From NCBI RefSeq assembly GCF_009914755.1, contig NC_060943.1: a DNA stretch of 64,000 nt. One strand, 5' to 3'. Positions 1 through 15,126 of this stretch are shown here, in pieces. The DNA is from the human T2T-CHM13v2.0 reference genome, Homo sapiens. The notes beneath the pieces are model-generated. The model was not told where the DNA came from. It ran no database searches and worked only from the letters and a program-made list of their open reading frames with translations. The position numbers and the translations under genes were made by a program. The first letter of the stretch is position 1, and each line of letters starts with the position of its first letter.

Positions 1-439
1 GCTTTCTAGAGATTACTTGTACTTTCTAATCTGCCCAGTGTTACAACAGACACTACCATGTGGCATATCCTCACCGTTTTCATCAGTCACTCACATGTGC
101 TCAAGGAATGCAGACCACTGTGCTTACCAAATTCTGAAGGGAATAATATAATAAAAGCCTGTTGAGGGTCCTCTTCCATCTTGCTGAACTGTTCGAGGCA
201 AAGACAAAACCCAACTTTGACCAAGAAGAGCAATCTGGATTCTTGTAGCCCATGGAGGTTTACCTTCTTCATAGGTTTTTTTTTTTTTTATGTGATTGCC
301 ATAGTGGGATATTCCCTCTCCCACATTACCCAAGAGGGAAATGGGCTGTCTTACCATGTGCTGATGTATGTGCTCTGCCAGTGTGAAGGGTGAACAGCTC
401 CAACTTTATGTCCCCCCAGGGACATAGTATGAGATCGGA

Positions 440-660
440 AAATAGTTCTTAGTCCTGTTTGTCTTAATTTTTATTGGTTTCCAAGGTCTCCTAGGAAGGA
501 GAGCAGAGCTGTGTGGTCCTAATCATGGTGTCGATGCCAGATTTATTTGTAGGTCCAGAGGTCTCCCTGAGAAGAGGCATTTGTGACAAACTCAAGTGCT
601 GGGACCTGCATGAATTGTTTATTTGCAGTGATGCTTCATATTTCCCAGCACTGTTCATGG
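440..660 (+). other. 3' UTR/3' flank of an upstream + strand KRAB-ZNF paralogue (probably ZNF549; CDS outside window)
   Basis: Colinear similarity to ZIK1 52870-53100 and reverse-complemented ZNF416 32130-32370 (CTCCTAGGAA, CCTAAT, AGAGGTC.CCTGAG, CCCAGCACTGTT). The gene name is inferred from recalled gene order only. Confidence 0.55.
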
Positions 661-1389
661 TATCTTATTTCCCAGGTCCTTCATTGTAGCCATGGGCACT
701 GAAGGACTGAATTGGTAGGTAGGTCACTGGTTGTAAGACCTACTGGGGCCAGGTAAGAACAGTAATTGGCCCAGACAGGTAGGTGTGATAAACAGAGTAG
801 AAAAGATTGTGGCCAAGAAGAGTGAATGTGTCCCATCCAAAGGTGCATCCAGATATGTCTGTGTTACTATGGCTTCATGGTTTGGGGGTATATAGAAATT
901 CTCAGGACCTCAGACCTTTGATTCTCCTTTAGCAACACACATCGTCAGCATAAGGCATCTAAAGATTTTGTGGACTCATAACTTATGTACTGTTTTTGAG
1001 ATGATTGCTGCACGGGCAGGAAAGCAGGATTTGAGAGAACATACACCTTGCCTTCCAGATATGTGGTTTTTGTGATTCACCCAGATCTGTTGTGCCAGTT
1101 AGGAATTATCTTTATTACTTCCCGTTTATTGCCACTGCTGAGAAGGCTGTCCTTCCTAACTTGTGAGGAGATGAATCCTTAATAATAAGTAAATCTTGTG
1201 TTATCCTATAGTCTGGTTTTCCAAAAGGAGAGGTAGATGCATATTTTTGTGTGGAACCATTTATCTTAAAACATTGAGGTGCAGTTTTCATACACAAAAC
1301 CTTCTATCTTTTTAAGAACTGTCTGTATGGTTTATTGCCCAGTTAATGGGTTTTGATAGTCATGTTATCTCAGTAAGTGTCTTGTCTTA

Positions 1390-1767
<378 letters not shown>

Positions 1768-1871
1768 TCATTCAGTCTTCCAAATGAAATGTTCTTAATT
1801 TTGATGAAGTCTAATTTGTCTGTTTGTTCATTTACTGTTATTTTGGTGCTATTAAAAAAATTTTATTCCTT

Positions 1872-2170
1872 GGCTGGGCACGGTGGCTCACGCCCATAAT
1901 CCCAGCACTTTGGGAAGCCAAGGTGGGCCGGATCACCTGAGGTCAGGAGTTTGAGACCAGCCTGGCCAACATGGCAAAACCCCATTCTACTAAAAATACA
2001 AAAATTAGCTGGGCATGGTGGTGGGCGCCTGTAGTCCTAGCTAGCTACTTGGGAGGCCTAGGTGGGAGGACTGCTTGAACCCAGGAGGCGGAGGCTGCAG
2101 TGAGCCAAGATTGCGCCACTACACTCCAGCCTGGGCGACAGAGCAGGACTCCCATCTCGAAAAAAAAAAA
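1872..2170 (+). mobile_element. Alu
   Basis: Dimeric Alu consensus, poly(A) tail. Confidence 0.95.
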
Positions 2171-3639
2171 TTGTGTAATTATAGGAACTTTGGAAAGATT
2201 GTTATTCAACTGATATTACATAAGGTATTTATTTTGTAAATTATTTGCAATATTAGAATTTCTGTCAGCCTACAGTATTTCTCTGCTGTTATTCTGACCT
2301 TAACACATTGAAAGAGTTCTTAATTTTGCTTCGCCATCCCTTACGCATACTTAATTTTTGTTATTTTGCCAAATTCCAATTATCTTTACAAGATCATTTT
2401 ATTTTTTAAAAGAGCTAACCAGACAAGAAAATTTGCCCTTGTTATTCCCACTTCCTATATAGCTTGTCTGCCAAAACCTTTATGCCATTATTCTCATCAG
2501 TCTCATTCTCAGGGGTTTCTCTGAGCAAATCCATATAAAAGTGGAACTATATGACATTTCCTGCCCCGTTCTCATGCTTCATCTTTAATAGGTAAATTTA
2601 CCATTTTAAATAGTTTTAAAATTATCTTCACTGTGTGTACTTTGGATTTAATCCTTACTAATGATTAAGATGCTCTAAGAATCAATGTAAAACTAATTTT
2701 AAAGCCAGCAGCATAATTTTGTGAGTTATGCCTGAGTATTCAAAAATCCTAACAAGTCAAAAATATTAATTAAAATCAATATGTTTAATCTTTCCAATTA
2801 AATACTTCCATTCCATAAACTTCAGAACCAAAGTTAGATACCAACAAGAGACTGAAGATAAATACAGTGTCAATAGTATCAAGGGACTAGCCCATATAAT
2901 ATACTTGAAAATCGTATTAATCACCAATAAAGTACCCCACCATAAACAAAATACACAATAAAAAGTCAAGATACAAATAAAGACAGGCCAACATATGAGT
3001 AGACCATTGACAGAAGAGGAAAAACAAAAGGCAATGAAAGGATATGAACTAATGTTCAAATGTATTTCAATATGAGAAATACCAGATATATTCTATATCA
3101 CTTTAAACTTCTAAAGTAAAAACTGGAAAGCTGGGTAATTCTAAATATTGTCTGGGACACAGTGATACAGAAACACTTTTGTCCATCTTATGGGAGAGGA
3201 AGGGCAATGTATAACATAATTCCAGTTACATACTAGATCACCATATGACCTAGCCATTCAGCTGCAAGGTACATTTCTCATGTATGGCCATAAGTTTATT
3301 TAGAACATAATACTGATGACCTTATTTTTAAGGTTGAATCAAGCTGGTGGTGATATATTTCATAGCAGGAAAATGGAGGAAATACATGTCCATAATCAGA
3401 GGATTTGAATCAAGGATGAAAGCTTCATGATGTAAAATATTACATGGCAGTTAAAAACAATTGGCTAGAGGTAAGCCCATGAAATATAGGATAGAAATAT
3501 AATATTTTGCTGTAGTTTGAGTGAAAAAGAAAAAAAAAGAATTGTGAGGTCTACAATAAAACATAATTTAAAAATAATTTAATACCACAAAAACTCCAAA
3601 GAAAAAAAACCAAAACAACCCAGACACTTCTTACTAGAA

Positions 3640-3890
3640 CATATGTTCCATGCTTCTATCTCGGCTTCTGGTAGCCCCGTGTGTTCCTTGGCTTGAAGAT
3701 GTTCTTCCTGTGTCTTCACATCGTCTTCCCTCTGTACATCTGCCTCTGTGACCAAATTTCCCATTTTTCTAAGGACACAGTCATAGTCAATTAGGAACTA
3801 ACCTAATGGATTAACTAACATGATTACCTGAGGTTCTGAGGGTAACGACTCCAACATCTTTTTTGGAGACACAAACACTTAACATTGCCC
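3640..3890 (-). mobile_element. MaLR LTR fragment (MLT1-like)
   Basis: TTCTGGT...GTTCCTTGGCTTG...TCTTCACAT...AAGGACAC.AGTCAT pattern of reverse MLT1. Confidence 0.5.
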
Positions 3891-4577
3891 TATGAATTTC
3901 TGCAGTTCTTCAAAGGGCAGAGTGAATAATAACCACAGCAATTTCAAGACACACAGGCTTCCATTGTGAGATGGCTTGTTTAAAGAAACTATTAATTCCC
4001 TACACTCTTCTGATCACTCTGTTGTTCACATTCATTTTAGGATTTCTCTTCCAAATCACTTCTGGTGCTTTCCTTCTTGCTTCTTTCATTTCCTTCGGTG
4101 TTGTAGTTCTATTATGTTTTTATTCCGTCAGCAATTTCTTAAATTTCTCTTTTCAACCTTAAGCAGTTTTTCTGAAATTATAAAATTTACTGTGAACATT
4201 TCAAACATTTCCACATGTGCATGAAGTTAAAGTGAACTCTGACATTCCCCTCTACCCCATCCCTTCCCTCCCTCTACACCCAAGGAGCAAATACCATTTA
4301 ACTGGGTGAGGATCCTTCCAGACACATTTTTTGTCTGCTTACAAATATTAAGATTTCTAATTCGTCTTTGCATGACCGACTTGCCGAGTTAATTTACCGT
4401 CCACATTTCCTCTGTGACATTTACTGATTGAAGTGCACCAACTGTGAATGGTCATAACTAGTCCCACCCCCACAATCATTTCTCACAGATTAAGCAGCAT
4501 AAGAGCATAGTGCTTTTTATCTAATTTGTTCATTAAATGTAACAAAGTTACAAAAACATGAACATGAAAACGTTTTA

Positions 4578-4926
<349 letters not shown>

Positions 4927-5767
4927 TCACAACTTTTACTGTAAGTTCAAAACTTCTACTGACTTAAAAACGGGTGCTAAACAAGTTTAAGTCAATATAT
5001 TGCACCTGTTCTCATGTGTTTTTCCTATATTAGACAGTAAGTTCCTTCCCTGCTCAAGGGCAGGACCCATAGCCCAGCCATCCACTGCATCCCACTCTTC
5101 TAAGTATGACCACAACAGTGAGTGGCCATGGAGCTAAATGACAGGTGTCTCATGAGATTCTTGCCTATCACAGCAGCAAGTTCATAGTAGATCCTTGTAC
5201 CAAACACTTGAGTGAAGACTGTATGGAAAGAGCTGGAAGCTAAGAAAAACCTAGGGTGTCCTTTATCCCATGGAAAACACTCCTGCTTTGGGACAAACTG
5301 GGGCCTAGGTCCTCAGGCCTGGAAAGAACCCTTTGATGACAGCCAATATGTTTCTAGAGGGGTTTCTCCAACTCTCTTGAACCCAGGGCCTTAGGTACAA
5401 GTACAGCCACAGCTACAATACATGCAGCCTTCCAGAGAGAGGATGCAGGAGGGTGGGGGTCCTCAAGAGTCAACTCTCCTTCCCACAGGAGAGGAAACTG
5501 TGCACTCTGTCCTGAAAAAACAAAAACAGAGAACTCTTAACTCACCAAGAATTCTATTTATAATATGTGCAAAAGGACCACAGTAAAAGGTACATGCCCA
5601 CTATGAAAACATGAATATATATGCAGTGCTTTAAAAGGTTGTGAGGAAAGCTCAAAGTGAGAAAATGATAATTTTCTATTTTTCACACGTTTTAACCTAA
5701 CATTATCTCATGTAGCTTGAAAACTAAAAGAAAATCTCACAAAAGGAATTTCAAATTACCAGATTCA

Positions 5768-6063
<296 letters not shown>

Positions 6064-6528
6064 CTAATTACCATATTCAGTGCTAGCACCAAGGGACTAA
6101 GGTCATGGTGGTTAACTATGAAACTCACGTAAACCTGCCCACGTATATCCTGATTCACCTGTTAAAATGCTAGGCACTTTATTTTGTAGCAAAACTTCAC
6201 GCAAATGTTTATAAGATCAGACAATGAGATTCCTCTCCATGTTGTTTTCTTGGGTTTACTGGGTTTACCATGGATTCATCTTAGTTGTGTGTTTTATTTT
6301 GCCTGTTTTAGCTATAATTCAATCCCTAGAAAAATGCTGAGGGGGACCTAAAAATACCCCTCTACACAGGATTAAAGAATCTGATAAACACCAGAAAGAA
6401 TTAGGACTCATCTGAGAAGGCCAAGCAAGTACAAAGTGATCACTATGTTGCCAGAGAAAATAAAGACAACAAACAGACAGAATGGAATCAGGAAAATGTG
6501 AGAGTGCTGAGCATTTGAAACCATATTA

Positions 6529-6950
6529 GGCTAGGTGTGGTGGCTCACACCTGTAATCCCAACACTTTAGGAGGCTAAGCAGGATGATGACTTGAGTCTA
6601 GCAGTTTGAGACAAATCTGGGGAACACAGCAAGACCTCATCTATACAAAAAAATTTAAGGCTGGGTGCAGTGACTCACACCTGTAATCCCAGAACTTTGG
6701 GAGGCCAAGGCAGGTGGACCACTTGAAGCCAGGAGTTCCAGACCAGCCCAGCCAACATGGTAAAACCTTGTCTCTACTAAAATTACAAACATTAGCCAGG
6801 CGTAGTGGTGTATGCCTGTATCCCAAGCTACTCAGAAACTTGAGGCAAGAGGACCATTTGAGCCCAGGAGTTCGAGGTTACAGGGAACTATGATCATGCC
6901 ACTGCACTCTAGCCTGGGTGACAGAGCAAGTCCCTGTCTCTTAAAAAATA
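6529..6950 (+). mobile_element. Composite Alu (two left monomers plus one right monomer)
   Basis: Left arm 6529-6658, second left arm from 6659, then a J-like right arm. Confidence 0.85.
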
Positions 6951-7559
6951 ATGAGTTTATTAATAAAAATCAAAGCCTTAAACAGTCTTAGGTATTGCAC
7001 ATTTTAATGTGGTGCACATTTTAATGTGGCCATCTGTACATGGGTTCTTCTCACCCTAGATATAAAAAAGAAGTGTCACATGAAGATGTTCTCAGTATTC
7101 TAATTTCTACTAAATTCAAGAATCTCATGACACAAGCCTTCATATTTCTCACAAAGAATTACTCTCCTCATGGATATCCTCCCAGAGATGTCTGGATCAA
7201 AGGCAACTTCCAAGAAATGCCTGAAGAGCTGCCCTCACTGTCTAACTCTGACAAAGGATGGCAGTGAATGTATGTTAAAAAAAAAAAAAAGGAATAAAAC
7301 CCCTTTACCTCTCAAACATTCCCCTACCAAAAAATAAAACTGATCTTACAGGGAAGTCTGTAAGGACATAAAGCAAGAAGATACCTGTAACTGAAGGTTT
7401 TCATAAGTTCATAGAGAAAATCCCAAGGTGGGTCAAATTCCAGCATGGCTCTTTATAGGACAAGCAAGTGACAACCTGGTCACAAAGTTTTCTCACATCA
7501 ATAACAATTATGTAGTAACTTTTCATTATGATTCTCAGATAGTAAGATTTCTGCTCTGG

Positions 7560-7902
7560 CCAAAGACTGTCCTTAATAGTTATATTTGGAATGTCTTTCT
7601 CCAGCATGAGTTCTCTGATGTTGATGGAATGCCTTCCACATTTCCCCCTGGTATGAATCCTTCTGCAATGAGTGAGAACTGAGTGGTGACTGAAGGGATC
7701 CTTACATTCACTGTATTCACAGGGCTTCTCTCCAAAGTGACTGCTCATGTGTTAGTTAAGAAAGAGCTGACAAAAAAAATGAAAAGTTTCCTGACATTCT
7801 TTGCACTCGAAGGACTTCTTCCTACAGTGTGGGTCCCATTATGAATGATAAAATAACAGTGGGTAAAGGCCTTGCTGTATTCATTGCAGCAATAGGGTTC
7901 TC
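7560..7902 (-). pseudogene. ZNF550: Degenerate C2H2 fingers in the ZNF550 3' UTR
   Basis: After the stop: PYCCNEYSKAFTHCYFIIHNGTHT and GEKPCEYSECKDPFSHHSVLTHCRRIHT, with frameshifts. Confidence 0.85.
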
Positions 7903-8921
7903 TCATGTATGGACCCTTTGGTGCTGCAGAAGGTGTGACCTGCGTTTGAAGGCCTTCCCACACTCGATACACTTGTAGGGCATCTCCCCAGTGTGGATGA
8001 CAGAGTGCTGAATGAGGTACGTGCTCCGGTGAAAGGCTTTCCCACACTGGGTGCATTCATAGGGCTTCTCCCCAGTGTGAATCCGCTGGTGCTGTGTGAG
8101 TTCTGAGCTGCATCTGAAGGCCTTTCCACATGCCATGCAATCATAGGGCTTCTCTCCAGTGTGGATGATGTAATGTTGAATTAGGTGGGCTCTATTGCTA
8201 AAGGCTTTCTCACATTCTTTGCACTCAAAGGGCTTTTCTCCAGTGTGGGTCCTATTATGGCGAATAAAAGTAGACCGGTGGGTGAAGGCCTTTCGACACT
8301 GACTACACTCATAGGGTTTCTCTCCAGTGTGGATTGGATGGTGCTGCATGAGGTACGACCTGCGTTTGAAGGCCTTCCCACACTCAAGGCACTTGTATGG
8401 TTTCTCCCCGGTGTGGATGAGGTAGTGCCGAATGAGAGTTGAGCTCTGGCTAAAGGCTTTCCCACATGCATTGCATTCATAGGGTTTCATTCCAGTGTGA
8501 ACCCTCTGATGTCGAACGAGATACCACTTCCTGTTAAAACCTTTCCCACACTGCTTGCATTTGTAGGGGTTTGTCCCTGCATGAATCAAGGCGTCTTTCC
8601 CTGGTTGCTGTGAGTCACATTCATGGAGAACATCTGCTGATAACCACTCTTGTAATGCCCTGGAGTGCAGACCATCATCTGTCCCCAAACCTTCACCTTC
8701 AAGGCTCACTTTCCCAAGATGGGTCTCCTTGTGGAGGTCTGTCTCCGGTGTCACTTTACCTTTCTGCATTTCCAAAAGCCCTTCCTCATCCCTAGCTCTC
8801 CCCAACCTCGAATCACTTGAGGTTGAAGATTCCAGAGTCAGGCTTCCCCGGAGAAAGGCCCGCTCAGATAAGACTGGCGGGTAAGTGGTTGGCTCTCTGG
8901 TATGAACTTGTGCTCTGTCAC
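7903..8921 (-). CDS. ZNF550: ZNF550 coding exon 4: spacer plus 8 C2H2 zinc fingers, stop TGA
   Basis: Acceptor CCCTTCAG ending 8922; phase 1 G|GT GAC AGA (GDRAQVH); 8 CX2CX12HX3H motifs with TGEKP-type linkers; four exons sum to 1269 nt = 422 aa. Confidence 0.96.
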
Positions 8922-9248
8922 CTGAAGGGCATCAACAAACAAAGGAGGGGTCTTTTAGTGATAAAATATAGAAAAACACAAAATAACCACTTCAGTAGGA
9001 AAATGAAGATGAAAATAGTGCCTATGATACTTGCTGCATTTTTACATCTCTAACCCAGGTTACCAAATACTGCTTACGGTCCTTGTATCCTTGACACCAT
9101 TAAAGGGAAAATCTGGAGGGCAGGCTGGACCGGGGGACAGAGGATCCGGAGTAAAGACATTTCTCTTTACAGTTCAGAGTAAGGAAGAGATAATAGAGTT
9201 TTGATGACATTGTCTGAAGGGCATTTGCTTTAAGAATTGAACGCTTAC

Positions 9249-10481
<1,233 letters not shown>

Positions 10482-11139
10482 CTAGAGGAGGTGTCCCATA
10501 AGCTGAGTCCTAAAAGAGAAGCCAGAGTCATTGCCAGAGAGAGGAAGTGGGCAATGGGTTGAAGGTGAGGAAGTAAAAATGGGTAGATTCACCCTTTGGG
10601 CACCAGATGCCTGGTGAAACCAATATAAAAGGGTGATTAGAGTTGGAGCAAGAAAATGAAGATTCCAGCACAAAAGGGATGGAAGTACACACAGGAACAA
10701 ATGGTACAAAAGGCCTAGTGTAGTAAGATCTGACAAGTTTCTGCTGTGTCAGGAGGCACAATGCATGGCAGACAAGAGGGTACTGGAGACAGAATGACTC
10801 AGTTCAAATCCTGCCTGTGTCAAGTGGGTTGATACTGGAGGATGACTTTCTCCACCAGGTCTCCAATTCCTCAACTAAGAGACTAGGAGACTCAATTTCT
10901 CAGGCTGTCATGAGGTTAAATGAGAAAATGCACAGTTCTTGATGCAGCGCAAGTGTTCATTAAATTGTGGGACATTACCCTTATTATTTTCATTGCTGCG
11001 CTGGGCAATTTGGGTAATGCCAGTGACACTAGCAAGAACAACTTCAGTGCTGTGATCTGAGGAAGCTAGCAGCTGTGCTTCATGAAGTGGCCAGCATCGC
11101 ATGCTTAGAAGACCCGAGTGCAGCAGCAGTCTCATACCT

Positions 11140-11710
11140 GGAATGGTGGGGATGGGAAATGGTGCGGCTACTCTGGAAAAATATTTGGGGGTTTGACTTA
11201 AAACTGAGCACAGATCTGTCTCTTGACTCCACCAGTCATCTCCTGGGTGTATATGCAACAGAAATGAGTGTTTATATCCACTAAATATTATGGAAAATAG
11301 TATTCATAGCAGCATTCTTCATAATCTCCAAACAAGGTAAACAATACAAATGTCAACCAATAGGAGAGTGAAGAAACAGATCCTGATGTTTTCACATAAT
11401 TTTATGGTACACAGCATATAGGATAAACCCAGCTCATGGACACAATGATGGTGAAAAGAAGAAATACACAAAAGAGAAACTGCTTTGGGGCTCCAATTAT
11501 GCCCATTCACAACCAATTAAAAACTAGTCCCTAGGGAGAGAGTCTAAACAGTGGCTCCCACTGCAGGAGGAGCTATTGACAAAGACAGGGTAACAGAAAC
11601 TGCCGAGGTGCTGGAAATATTGTAAATCTTGACCTAGATGAAGAATTCAATTTGCAGAAATGCAAAAATTTAAGCTGAGCCCTTCAAATTTGTACTTATT
11701 ATTGTATACA
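11140..11710 (+). mobile_element. Old L1M 3' fragment
   Basis: TTCATAGCAGCATTCTTCATAAT...CAAATGTCAACCAATAGG...GGTGCTGGAAATATTGTAAATCTTGA motifs. Confidence 0.55.
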
Positions 11711-13554
11711 TAAGATTTTTTTTAGTTTGAGAAATTTTAAACAAAAAAATATTAAAGTCAAGTGTAAACATCTCTTCCAAACATGAGACAACTCCAAGAA
11801 GCTTGGCTTTACAAGTGGGGTCAACACAAGTTACAGGGTATTGTAGGTGAAAAAGCATTTTGTCTGTTTTCGCCAAGTGTAAGCAATTTGAGTACACTTT
11901 TTTTTGTTTGTTTAAACTTATATTCACTTTCTGGTTTTGTATTGTGCACACTTTTTATTTGAATATAGATAAGTTGAAGGTACAGACAAAGCAGAGATTT
12001 TTTTTAAAAAAAGCAAGTTCCCTGAGAACACAGCAGGTATGATGCAGGCACTGGCAAAGACACTGACCATGACTAGAGGTAAGATCTCCTCCATAGAGGA
12101 CAAGAGAAGCCAAGTATGAGACCGTGCAGATGAATCTTTAAGAACATTAAATACACATCCTATTTTTAACATGAAATTAATTATATACTGAAACATCAGC
12201 TGCTGGGGAAGTGGTGAAAATCTGAAACACATCTGAGTGGCTGCAGGAGCCGGTGCAGGGACAAGAGCTGCCCAGAGGAATGGGGCAGATGTGGGGAGAC
12301 CTGTCAGGAGCCTCTGGTATGGCCCAGGCAGAAGATTATGAGAGCCCGGACTAGGGTGTTGGTGAAGGAGCCAAGGGAAGCAGTGGAAGTGATGGACTTA
12401 GGAGATATGGATCATTTAAAATGAGCAGGACTAGGGATGAATGGATGCTGGGTTTGATGAAGGTAGGTGGAGTCCAGGAGCTATGTGGTGTGTTTCCAGC
12501 CTTCTAACCTGCTTGGATGGTAAGACATTCTCTGAACTGAGTGTCTTTTTAGGCATCAGGAGCTAAAGGTGCCTCTGAGACACTTAAGTGGAGATGTGGG
12601 ATTGAGGGAATGGGAAGGGAGGTATTTGGAACACAGGGTTGCAGATGGGGCTGGCCAAGAAGCCCAAGGGGAGAGCCCATGACTCAGTGGTGATACAAAT
12701 CCACAAGGCAAATGGCTCCAGCTACACTCATCAGCACAGATGTAGGGCAGAGAAGGCCAAATGTCACCTTGGTGTTTCTCAGGGCAAGAGGGGCAGGAAG
12801 ATATGGAGCAAAGGGCTGCTTCCGAGTCTCTGATGGTCTAACTGGAGGATGGATGAGTGGACGGAGAGGGTGGAAAAGAGTGGGATTCACAGCATAATGC
12901 AGACAGTAATATCAAGGGGAGGAAAGTCCCCTTTCTCTTGAGTCCAGAAAGAAATGTATGACATTACATTTATGATGATTAAAACTGTTCATGCATAATA
13001 CTAACTAGCTGACATTTGTTGATCCTATGGACCAGGAACTGAACTAAGCAGTGTCATGTGTTATCTCTACATCCTCTAACAACTCAATGACACAGAAATT
13101 ATATCACTCTGATTTTGTTGAGTAGAGGAGTCTGAGGTGATGTAAACCAAACCCATTAATTCTTTTCCATGGGCACATAGCCAAATCACATTTGTCAGTC
13201 CTGAGCATCTAGGTGTGGCCAAATGCCTAGTTCTTGTCAAGACTATGTGGTTGTCAAGTATGTGTACAACTGGGTATGACTTCTCCCCTTCTTCTTGTTC
13301 CCCTTCTACCAGCTGGATTGAGCCAGAGCAACCATAAAGATTCCTGTTCACAGCAAAAGGTACCTGTGTCTCTGAATAATTGTGTGGCTCAGTGCTCACC
13401 TGATGATGGACACTATGACCCAAAGTGAGTCAGAAACAACCAGGCCCCCGGAAAGCCACAATGAGCAGTTTCACACAGAAATTCAGAGGCAGTGGTGCCC
13501 TCACATTATCTGAAGACTGCCATGACTCCACATGACCAGCTGGTGGCTGCTTAC

Positions 13555-13650
13555 CTGCACAGGTAGCATGTGAGAGGCCTCTCTTCACTATCCACAGCTC
13601 CTGCCCATGCTCTAGCAGGTGGACCAACTCTGGTTTGGGAACCCGATGCC
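13555..13650 (-). CDS. ZNF550: ZNF550 coding exon 3: KRAB-B box (96 nt)
   Basis: AG acceptor 13652-13651, GTAA donor; GHRVPKPELVHLLEHGQELWIVKRGLSHATCA. Confidence 0.95.
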
Positions 13651-13809
13651 CTGTTGATAGCAAAAGAAATAGAATAGGGGTAATTTAATGAGAAAATGAA
13701 AGTCTCTCCATCTTGCCTAGGACTTCATGACAGGGTCCAGACATGAATGCAGCTGCTCCCAAAGTAAGCAAAATGCTGATGTGAGCCCTGAAAATCAAGG
13801 GCATTGCTC

Positions 13810-14175
13810 TGAGTGAGCTGTGTTCCCCATAAAAATCATATGTTGATGCCCTAACACCCAACGTGACTGTATATGGAGACAGGATCTTTAGAAGGTAATT
13901 AAAATTAAATGAGGCCACAAGGGTGGAGCCTTAATCTGATAAAATTATGGCCTCATAAAAACAGAGAGAGATCTCTCCTCTGTCCCTCCACCTTGTAAGA
14001 ACACAGCAAGTCAGCCATCTGCAAGCCAGGAAGAGAGGTCTCAATAGGAATCAAATTTGCCGACACCTTGATCTTGGACTTCTCAGCCTCCAGAAGCATA
14101 AGAAAATAAACTCTCGTTGTTTAAACCACCCAATCCATGACATTTTATTATGGCAGCCAAGGAGATAAAAGACAG
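13810..14175 (+). mobile_element. MaLR LTR (MLT1-like)
   Basis: TGTTCCCC...CATATGTTGATGCCCTAAC...GGGTGGAGCC...CTTGATCTTGGACTTC...AATAAACTC. Confidence 0.75.
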
Positions 14176-14347
14176 GCACAAATCCCACTGTTGGGCTACA
14201 ACTGCCATGGAGGGTAGTGCTATCTGTCTACACAACACCCACTGCCCATGACCTCCGTCTATGGAAGCCAACGTTGTTCAGGCACACAACACTTTGACAG
14301 CCATGGGACACGGCAAAGGTGTGCTGCTTCCTCCAGAAGGCATTTTC

Positions 14348-14626
14348 TTTCTTTCTTTCTTTCTTTTTTTGAAACAGAGTCTCACTCTGTTGCCCAGGCT
14401 GGAGTGCAGTGCTCGGCTCACTGCAACCTCTGCCTCCCAGGTTCAAGGGATTCTCGTGCCTCAGCCACCCGAGTAGCAGGGATTACAGGCATGCAAAACC
14501 ATGCCTGGCTAGTTTTTGTATTTTTAATAGAGACTGGGATTCACAATATTGGTCAGGCTGGTCTCGAGTGCCTGGCCTCAAGTGATCCTCCTGCCTCAGT
14601 CTCCCAAGGTGCTACTGCACCCGGCC
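14348..14626 (-). mobile_element. Alu (antisense, internal deletion)
   Basis: Reverse Alu; TSD CCAG(A/G)AGGCATTTTCT. Confidence 0.9.
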
Positions 14627-14655
14627 CCAGGAGGCATTTTCTAACAAATCTAAAT

Positions 14656-14817
14656 CATTGCTTCTCAAACACCTCGTGCTTTCAGAACCACTTGGGGATG
14701 CGTGATTCCAACCTCAAACCAAATGAAACAAAATTTCTTCGTGTGAGACCTGGGCATCAGTACTTCCAAAATGTGCCCCCCAAAATTCTGGTGCCCAGAT
14801 GGGGCTGCAAACCACTG
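14656..14817. mobile_element. MER5-like hAT DNA transposon remnant
   Basis: CA.TGCTTCTCAAAC...CAGAA.CAC.TGGGG...AAACCACTG terminal pattern. Confidence 0.5.
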
Positions 14818-14822
14818 GCTGA

Positions 14823-15126
14823 GGCTGGACATGGTGGCTCATGCTGTAATCCCAGCACTATAGGAGGCCGAGGCAGGAGGATCACTTGAGGCCAGGAGTT
14901 CTAAACCAGCCTGGCCAACATGGTGAAACCCCGTCTCTACCAAAAATATAAAAAATTAGCCAGGTATGGTGGTGTGCACCTATGGTCCTAGCTACTCAAG
15001 GGGATGAGGTTGGGAGGATTGCTTGAGCCTAGGAAGCAGAGGCTGCAGTGAGCTGAGATCATGGCACTGCACTTCAGCCTGAATGACAGAGCAAGACTCC
15101 ATCTCAAAAAAAAAGGAAAAGAAAAA
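14823..15126 (+). mobile_element. Alu
   Basis: Dimeric Alu. Confidence 0.93.

Noticed and set aside
5500-5550. Minus-strand GTGAG donor and strong polypyrimidine acceptor downstream of ZNF550
   Set aside because: Only ~35 nt apart, too short for one intron; may belong to 3' UTR splice forms but cannot be assigned without transcript data
14248-14889. 213-aa ORF
   Set aside because: Mostly antisense Alu translation ([11 protein letters not shown])
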